Positions 6,697-12,602 of a stretch of 12,602 bases of DNA are shown piece by piece. The notes beneath the pieces are model-generated. The model worked only from the letters and a program-made list of their open reading frames with translations. It was not told the DNA's origin and searched no databases. The stretch's first letter is position 1, and each line of letters begins with the position of its first letter. Made by a program: the position numbers and the translations under genes. Origin of the DNA: Granulicella sp. (lineage in GTDB: Bacteria > Acidobacteriota > Terriglobia > Terriglobales > Acidobacteriaceae); the NCBI GenBank assembly GCA_027339965.1, contig DAHWNL010000024.1, positions 1 to 12,602 of the forward strand, given 5' to 3'.

Positions 6697-8400
6697 TCAG
6701 ACCACTCTGCTGGCCCTCAACATCTGCTCGGCATGCCGCAGACTGGTCTCCGTCAGGCTGGCTCCAGAGAGCATTCGTGCAATCTCCTCCACTCTCTCCT
6801 CCGGCGTCATCTGCCGAATCCCGGTATGCGTTCTTCCTGCCCGCTCTATCTTCTCGATCAAAAAATGCTGGTCCGCAAACGCCGCAATCTGCGGAAGGTG
6901 CGTGATACAGATCACCTGCTGCGATCGGGAGAGCGTCTTCAGCTTCTGCCCTACCGCTTCAGCCGCACGTCCGCCAATCCCGATGTCGATCTCGTCGAAG
7001 ATCAGTGTCCGCGGCAACGCCGTCCTTCCCCGCCGTAAACCAGCTCCGCCCCCTGTCTCAACACTCACCTTCAGAGCCAACATCACCCGACTCATCTCAC
7101 CTCCGGAGGCGATCTCTGTCAGCGGCCTCAAGGGCTCCCCGGGATTGGTCGCAATCCGGTACTCCACCCGGTCCCATCCGGACGCCGTCCACTCCCGAGG
7201 GTTCTCCCGACCGGCATCCACCACCTCCACCTCAAACCGGGCTTGCATGGCCAGATCGTTGATCTGCCGCTGGCCGGCCTTGGCCAGCCTTGCGGCCGCC
7301 GCCCTTCTCTCAGCCGTGAGCCTCTCCGCCGCCTCGATGTACCTCGCGGCCAATGCGGCCAACTCCCGCTCCAACTCCGCCAGGCGAGCATCCCGGCTCT
7401 CCATCTCTTCCAACTTCGCTGCCAAATCCTTCGCAAACTCCATCACCTCGGCCAGGGTGCGACCGTACTTTCGCTTCAACCGTTCCAGTGCCGCAAGCCG
7501 GTCTTCGATCTCCACCAGACGCTCCGGCGAAGCCGCCACTCGGCCCTCAAAATCCCGCAGTGCCGCGGCAGCATCCTCCACACTCACCTTGGCAGCGGCC
7601 AACTGTTGCGCCGTCTCCCGGAAGGGCTCGTCAAATCGCGCCAGATCCTCCACATGGCGCAGCGCCCCCCCCAACAGGGCCTCTACGGAGACCTCAGCCT
7701 CGTAGAGCAACTCGCGGGCGGCAACGGCCGACGTATAAAGCTTCTCCGAGTTCGCGAGCACTCTCTTTTCAGCCTCCAGGCGCTGGTCCTCGTCCGGGTC
7801 CTGAATCTCCGCCATGGTAATTTCCCTGGACTGGAAGCTCCACAGATCGAGGAGCCGCAAACGGTCTTGCTCCTGGCCGCGCAGCGCCTCGATCTTCTCC
7901 TGCCGGTCCCTCCATTGCGTATAGGCTGCCTGCACCTCCTCGCTGCTGATCCCCGCAAAACGGTCCAGGAGCAGTTGCCGTTGCGCGCCGTCAAAGGCTA
8001 CCAGCGTCTCCGACTGAGCATGCACCAGCGCAAGCTCTGGAGCCAGCAACCGCAGCACCCCCACTGTGGCTGGTTGATTGTTCACAAACACCCGCCCTTT
8101 ACCGCTGCTCGCGATCTCGCGCCGCAGGAGAATTTCATCTCCCTCTGGATCAATCCCATTGACCTCCAAAATCTCTTCCGCCCCCGGGGTGCTCTCAAAA
8201 ACGCAACCGAGCACCGCCCGCTCTGCGCCAAACCGGACAACGTCGCTGGAAGCTTTTCCGCCCAGGAGGAGCGCCAGAGCATCAATCAAGATCGACTTGC
8301 CGGCCCCCGTCTCGCCCGTCAGCAGGTTCAGCCCCGGTCCAAAGACCGCCACGGCATGGTCCATCACAGCATAGTTCTCAGCGCGGAGCTCTAACAGCAT
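6697..8400 (-). CDS. recN: DNA repair protein RecN (SMC-like ATPase)
   Basis: 567 aa. Walker A LTGETGAGKS, long coiled-coil centre, TNPGEPLRPL, ABC signature ASGGEMSRVML, Walker B IFDEIDIGIGG, CITHLPQIAA, EEIARML. Confidence 0.97.
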   Translation of the reverse strand: MLLELRAENYAVMDHAVAVFGPGLNLLTGETGAGKSILIDALALLLGGKASSDVVRFGAERAVLGCVFESTPGAEEILEVNGIDPEGDEILLRREIASSGKGRVFVNNQPATVGVLRLLAPELALVHAQSETLVAFDGAQRQLLLDRFAGISSEEVQAAYTQWRDRQEKIEALRGQEQDRLRLLDLWSFQSREITMAEIQDPDEDQRLEAEKRVLANSEKLYTSAVAARELLYEAEVSVEALLGGALRHVEDLARFDEPFRETAQQLAAAKVSVEDAAAALRDFEGRVAASPERLVEIEDRLAALERLKRKYGRTLAEVMEFAKDLAAKLEEMESRDARLAELERELAALAARYIEAAERLTAERRAAAARLAKAGQRQINDLAMQARFEVEVVDAGRENPREWTASGWDRVEYRIATNPGEPLRPLTEIASGGEMSRVMLALKVSVETGGGAGLRRGRTALPRTLIFDEIDIGIGGRAAEAVGQKLKTLSRSQQVICITHLPQIAAFADQHFLIEKIERAGRTHTGIRQMTPEERVEEIARMLSGASLTETSLRHAEQMLRASRVV

Positions 8401-8421
8401 GTTTGGTCTCTTTCACGCAAG

Positions 8422-8430
8422 AGCATAGCA
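8422..8430 (-). promoter_or_regulatory. Putative extended -10 promoter of recN
   Basis: Minus strand TG-C-TATGCT (8430-8422), ending 21 nt upstream of the recN ATG; matches TGnTAnnnT. Confidence 0.5.
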
Positions 8431-8571
8431 GGCGCCGCCGACTTTCTCGCGCTGGTCTCGGAAACTTTTGTGCTGCCCACGGCCAGGCGCGGGGGGTTTG
8501 GGCCATGTCCCCCTAAAATATCGTAAGGCGAGAATCTTTTCAGATTCCCCTATCCACACTTCACAGCCAAT

Positions 8572-8577
8572 TACACT
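8572..8577 (+). promoter_or_regulatory. Putative -10 element TACACT of the tol operon
   Basis: TACACT lies 14 nt before the ATG at 8592, with no SD in between. An alternative candidate is TAAAAT at 8514-8519. Confidence 0.35.
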
Positions 8578-8591
8578 TGAGATTGACGCCT

Positions 8592-9383
8592 ATGACACTG
8601 CTCGCCTTCGCTCTCCTCCAGCAAGACATCAATCAGGCTTCCAACAGCTTGCCCCTTGGACCCGCTCCCGCCGGCCAGTCTTCCAGCGCTTTGGTTGAGA
8701 TCCTTCATAACAGCGGGGTCACTGCCGATGCCGTACTGCTGATCCTGTTGATCATGAGCGTCCTCTCCTGGGCGGTGATGCTCTCCAAGTGGAGATCTTT
8801 CAAGGCCGCTGACCAGCAAAATCGCCGCTTTCTGCGCGCCTTCCGCAAGTCCGGGCGGCTTAGCGAAATCGCCGCCATCTCCGAGCAGTTCAAACCCAGC
8901 CCGCTGGTGGCCGTGTTCAACGAGATCCATGAAGAGTACCAGCGCCAGAGCGGGGGCCGCGGCACGCCGCCCAATCCCCAGGGCCTGGAGCGCGCTGCGC
9001 AAACCGCCTCCAGCGAGGCCCTCACGCTGATGGAGCGGCGTATGAGCTGGCTGGGCACCATCGCACAGACTGGTCCGTTCGTGGGGCTATTCGGCACGGT
9101 CATGGGCATCATCGACGCCTTCCACGGGCTCGGCACGGAGGGAGCCGCCACCCTGCGCGCCGTCGCCCCAGGCATCTCGGAGGCTCTGGTCACCACCGCG
9201 GCCGGGCTAATCGTCGCCATCCCTGCGGTCATGGGCTACAACCAGCTAACCAGCCGGCTGCGCGAGTTCGCGGCTCGTATGGACGACTTTGGCCGGGAAC
9301 TGCTCAACGCCATTGAGAACGCCGCGCTCTACCAGCCAAGCTCTCCATCGCCATCCTCAGATGATCCCCGCCGGAGGCCCTAG
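8592..9383 (+). CDS. tolQ: MotA/TolQ/ExbB proton-channel protein (TolQ by context)
   Basis: Three hydrophobic segments. Motifs MSVLSW, LGTIAQTGPFVGLFGTVMGI and VAPGISEALVTTAAGLIVAIPA. ATG 8592 is preferred to TTG 8577 or TTG 8583. Confidence 0.9.
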   Translation: MTLLAFALLQQDINQASNSLPLGPAPAGQSSSALVEILHNSGVTADAVLLILLIMSVLSWAVMLSKWRSFKAADQQNRRFLRAFRKSGRLSEIAAISEQFKPSPLVAVFNEIHEEYQRQSGGRGTPPNPQGLERAAQTASSEALTLMERRMSWLGTIAQTGPFVGLFGTVMGIIDAFHGLGTEGAATLRAVAPGISEALVTTAAGLIVAIPAVMGYNQLTSRLREFAARMDDFGRELLNAIENAALYQPSSPSPSSDDPRRRP

Positions 9384-9385
9384 CT

Positions 9386-9793
9386 ATGGCTTTCAGCGCC
9401 AATGGAAAGACCCAGACCGCCATGGCCGACATCAATATCACGCCGCTGGTCGACGTGGTGCTGGTTCTACTGCTCATCTTCATGCTCACCGCGCCGGTGT
9501 TGCAAAGCGGTATTCAGGTCGCTGTGCCGCATACTCGCATGGTCAAACAGCTTACGGAGGTTCACCTGGTCGTCACCATCGACAAGGAGCAGAATGTCTA
9601 CCTCCAGGACAAGCCCGTCAATGTCCACGATCTGCCAGCCTTGCTGGCGGCGAACCCCAAAAATCAAAAGAACGTAGTCTACGTCCGCGCCGACCAGTCC
9701 GTTCCCTTCGGCGCCTTCGCGTCCGTCATGGATGCGGTCAAACAGGCCGGCATCATGAACATCAGTATCGTCACTCAGCCGCTACGGCAATAG
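9386..9793 (+). CDS. tolR: TolR/ExbD biopolymer transport protein
   Basis: 135 aa. DINITPLVDVVLVLLLIFM with the conserved transmembrane Asp, and VYVRADQSVPFG..VMD. GGAGG at 9373-9377; starts 2 nt after the tolQ stop. Confidence 0.9.
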   Translation: MAFSANGKTQTAMADINITPLVDVVLVLLLIFMLTAPVLQSGIQVAVPHTRMVKQLTEVHLVVTIDKEQNVYLQDKPVNVHDLPALLAANPKNQKNVVYVRADQSVPFGAFASVMDAVKQAGIMNISIVTQPLRQ

Positions 9794-9943
9794 CCCGTCG
9801 CAGACCGGTGCGGCCGCGGTGACTGAAACGAGCAGCGCGGTAGCATCCCGGTGCCCCGAGCAGGGCGATAGTGGAAATCCTATCTGATGCTGGCACCTTC
9901 AGCATCTGGCAACTGGAAGGACCCGAGCAAGACCACAACGACC

Positions 9944-10726
9944 ATGAGCATGCAAGCCCTATCACGCGACCTGCCGGACGATCGGATCGGCAGCGGCCTG
10001 GCCGGCGCCATTGCTCTGCATCTACTGATCGCCGCTGCCTTGCTCGGCCTGGGCCTGTACCTCAACGAATCGACGAACAACTTCGGCGAGCACACATCTT
10101 CGGTTGGAGCCATCCAGGCATCCATGGTGTCCGCTCTCCCGTTACCCCAGAAGTTCAAGCCGATTCAGAACCAGGTGCTGGCGCCTCAGCAGGCCAGCGA
10201 AGCGGCGCTGCCACCCCCCAAAGCGGAGGCAGCGCCGCCGCCGCGCGAGACCGACATCGAGATCAAGCGCAAGACCCTTCCCAGGAACGTTGCTCCCGTT
10301 TATACGCCGCCGCCGCCCAGACACCCCCAGCCCACACCTCCTAGCCCCAAGGCCCAGACCGGTGAAAACGCCATGCAGCTTCCTGAAGCCACCCTGCAGA
10401 CCGCCAACGGAACCGCCACGGTTACCGTTCAGAGCCGAACCCTGGGGGAACGTTACGGTTGGTACATTCAGATCATCAGTCAAAAAGTTCAGCAATATTA
10501 CTCGCAGCAGTATCCAGACCCACGCAGCTCCGCGGGTAGAAGTGTCACAATCACCTTTTACGTGGATAATGGCGGCGCTCCAACCCGCGTTCGCATCCAA
10601 GCTCCCAGCGGCTCACCCACTCTGGATAGCGCCGGCATGCGAGCCGTGGAGGAAGTAGACACCTTCGGTCCCAACCCGGCCAACCAGCCGATTCCCATCG
10701 AATTTACCTTCAACTATCACAAATGA
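9944..10726 (+). CDS. TolA/TonB-family energy transducer: N-terminal TM helix, Pro-rich linker, TonB/TolA C-terminal domain
   Basis: TM segment AIALHLLIAAALLGLGLYL with the conserved His, Pro-rich spacer, and C-terminal VTITFYV..GG.....I..PSGSPTLDSAGMRAV. Occupies the tolA position between tolR and tolB. Start is uncertain (9887, 9944 or 9950). Confidence 0.82.
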   Translation: MSMQALSRDLPDDRIGSGLAGAIALHLLIAAALLGLGLYLNESTNNFGEHTSSVGAIQASMVSALPLPQKFKPIQNQVLAPQQASEAALPPPKAEAAPPPRETDIEIKRKTLPRNVAPVYTPPPPRHPQPTPPSPKAQTGENAMQLPEATLQTANGTATVTVQSRTLGERYGWYIQIISQKVQQYYSQQYPDPRSSAGRSVTITFYVDNGGAPTRVRIQAPSGSPTLDSAGMRAVEEVDTFGPNPANQPIPIEFTFNYHK

Positions 10727-10911
10727 CCTTCGAGGCTCCCAGTCTGAAGCAGATTTTCCTCATCTCGAACCAGCGCTCACGCTCGTCAGCGGCTATCGCG
10801 AGCGCGGGAAACCGGCATGCCCACCGCCTTCGCCCCGGATGCCTGCTTCCACACCCATCGAGCCGCCGCCCAGCGTGAATCAAAGTTGATCGATCCCTGC
10901 GTCGTTTTGGA

Positions 10912-12306
10912 GTGATGATGTCCTTTCAAAAGATCCATCCTGCGCCAATCTCCCGCCGCCATGGCCTGCTCAGGCTCATGACCGCGCTGCTGCCTGTCCT
11001 CTCTTTACCCTGGACCCATCCCTTGCTCGCGCAGGATTGGGTTCATTTAACCGCCGGCAGCAACAACTCTGAGGTTCGTCTGGCCGCGGCTAACTTCGAA
11101 CCCATCGCCGGCGACCCGACGACCCTGGTGGACAAGCAGACCTTTGACACGGTTCTGTTCTCGGATCTGTCCAGCGCCGGCATCTTCGCGATGGTCTCCA
11201 AGAGCCTGGCTCCGCAGGCTACCCCAGGCTCGCCCTCTGAGATCAATTTGGGGCTTTGGGCTCAGGCCCCTACCAGCGCCGCCATGGTGGCCTTTGGCAA
11301 TATCAGCATTCAGAACGGCAACCTGGTGGCCAACGGCTTTCTGGATGACACGCGAAACTCCCAGTATCCCCAGGTCTTCGCCAAACAATACGTCGCCCCG
11401 GCGAGCGACCAGTCCGCCCGCGAGCTAGCCCACCAGTTCGCCGACGACATCATCTTTCGCCTGGGCGGCGGCGTACCCGGCATCGCCGAATCCAAAATCT
11501 TCTACGCGCAGCGCACCAGCAGCGGCGACAAGGAGATCTGGATGATGGACTATGATGGCGCCAACAAAGTGCAGCTTACCCACCTGGGCGAGGACTCCAT
11601 CTCCCCGGCTGTCTCGCCCGACAACTCTTTGGTCGCCTTCAGCACCCTTACCCGCAATGGCTTTGAGCTGCGCATGTACTCTTTGCTGCTGGGCCGTCTG
11701 GTCCACTTCACAGACGTCGGGAGCGCGAATGTATCCCCCGCCTGGGCTCCAACCGGCCAGCAGCTTGCTTTCTCCTCCTCACGCTCCGGGAGTTCGGAGA
11801 TCTGGATCTCCGATCCCCAGGGATCTCTTTGGCGTCAAATCACCAACTACGGCGGTCTGGATGTCGCCCCTTCCTGGAACCCCAAAACCGGTACTCAGAT
11901 CGCCTTCATTAGTGGTCGAACCGGCCTACCGCAGCTCTACATCATGGATGCAGACGGCTCGGGCGTCACACGCATGACCGACGGCGGCTATGCGACCTCC
12001 CCATCCTGGTCGCCCAACGGTCAGTTCATCGCCTTCGCCTGGGACCGTCACTACGGCCCTGGCGCTCCGGGAGGTCAGGACATCTATGTCATGGAAGTTG
12101 CCACCAAACGCTGGATTCAACTCACCCACGACATTGGCCGCTGCGACTTCCCCACCTGGAGCCCGGATGGCCGTCACATCGCCTTTGCCAACTCTCCCGA
12201 TGGCCACGACAACCACACCCGCATCGTGTCCATGCTCGCCGACGGCACCCAACAGCAGAAGCTCACCAGCTTCGGAGCTGACATGCCCAACTGGAGCTGG
12301 AAGTAA
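10912..12306 (+). CDS. tolB: Tol-Pal system beta-propeller protein TolB
   Basis: Signal peptide-like N-terminus (..LLA|QD). TolB N-domain ending AHQFADDII..LGG..GIA.SKI, then IWMMDYDG and PD40-type repeats SPAVSPD, SPAWAPTG, APSWNPK, SPSWSPNG, FPTWSPDG. Start could be 10912, 10918 or 10978. Confidence 0.93.
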   Translation: MMMSFQKIHPAPISRRHGLLRLMTALLPVLSLPWTHPLLAQDWVHLTAGSNNSEVRLAAANFEPIAGDPTTLVDKQTFDTVLFSDLSSAGIFAMVSKSLAPQATPGSPSEINLGLWAQAPTSAAMVAFGNISIQNGNLVANGFLDDTRNSQYPQVFAKQYVAPASDQSARELAHQFADDIIFRLGGGVPGIAESKIFYAQRTSSGDKEIWMMDYDGANKVQLTHLGEDSISPAVSPDNSLVAFSTLTRNGFELRMYSLLLGRLVHFTDVGSANVSPAWAPTGQQLAFSSSRSGSSEIWISDPQGSLWRQITNYGGLDVAPSWNPKTGTQIAFISGRTGLPQLYIMDADGSGVTRMTDGGYATSPSWSPNGQFIAFAWDRHYGPGAPGGQDIYVMEVATKRWIQLTHDIGRCDFPTWSPDGRHIAFANSPDGHDNHTRIVSMLADGTQQQKLTSFGADMPNWSWK

Positions 12307-12554
12307 AGAAATCTCAATGTCACCGAAAAGCCGCTGCCGGTCGCCGAAGCTCCTGGAACCAGGCCGAGAAACCAAACGGGATGCAAACCAAAGCGCCCTG
12401 CGCCATGAGTCATGGGATCCTGGCGCGCCTCCGCAGAGTTGCAACGAGACTCCTTGATCCGGACGGAAGTTCCCTCGCAATTTGGGGACACTTTCAGGTA
12501 GAAGTGGATGAATGAGCGAAGGTTGGCCAAGTTGGAGGTCTGCTGGGGGCCTGC

Positions 12555-12602
12555 CTACAGTTTGGGCAGGGTAAGTTTGAGGGCCTGCAGAATCAGCTTT
12601 TG
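12555..12602 (-). CDS. Possible 3' end of an incoming minus-strand gene with a transposase-like tail
   Basis: Minus strand from 12602 reads QKLILQALKLTLPKL*, stop TAG at 12557-12555. It resembles the Q..IL..L.L.LP tail of IS1634/IS4-like transposases, but only 15 residues are visible. Confidence 0.33.
   Translation of the reverse strand, partial: QKLILQALKLTLPKL

Noticed and set aside
6647..8394. Long plus-strand ORFs (352 aa and 383 aa) antisense to recN
   Set aside because: Shadow ORFs of a GC-rich gene: Ser/Arg- or Leu/Gln-rich, no motifs, and almost entirely overlapping a confident recN.
8401..8470. LexA/SOS box upstream of recN
   Set aside because: No CTGT-N8-ACAG, GAAC-N4-GTTC or GTTC-N7-GTTC match was found by eye.
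10780..10843. Inverted repeats in the tolA-tolB spacer
   Set aside because: Stems of 5-6 GC pairs with no U-tract; expected by chance at this GC content.

Overview
GC-rich bacterial chromosomal window, probably Acidobacteriota (inferred from protein style and gene order; no search was run). Minus strand, read right to left: recN, then a hopanoid/isoprenoid cluster of ispH, shc (hpnF), hpnH, a 152-aa hypothetical with an Sm/LSm-like pattern, and hpnA. Plus strand, divergent from recN: the Tol-Pal genes tolQ, tolR, a tolA/TonB-like gene and tolB, with no pal start visible before the window ends. The left edge is the 3' end of an IS5-family element. Its terminus supplies the last base of the hpnA stop codon, and its transposase has Q at the catalytic E position. 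The right edge may be the tail of a second transposase. The most notable items are the uncharacterised Sm-like protein in the hopanoid operon, a 21-bp tandem repeat and probable leaderless promoter upstream of ispH, two small ORFs in the operon spacers, and the IS insertion at the hpnA stop.
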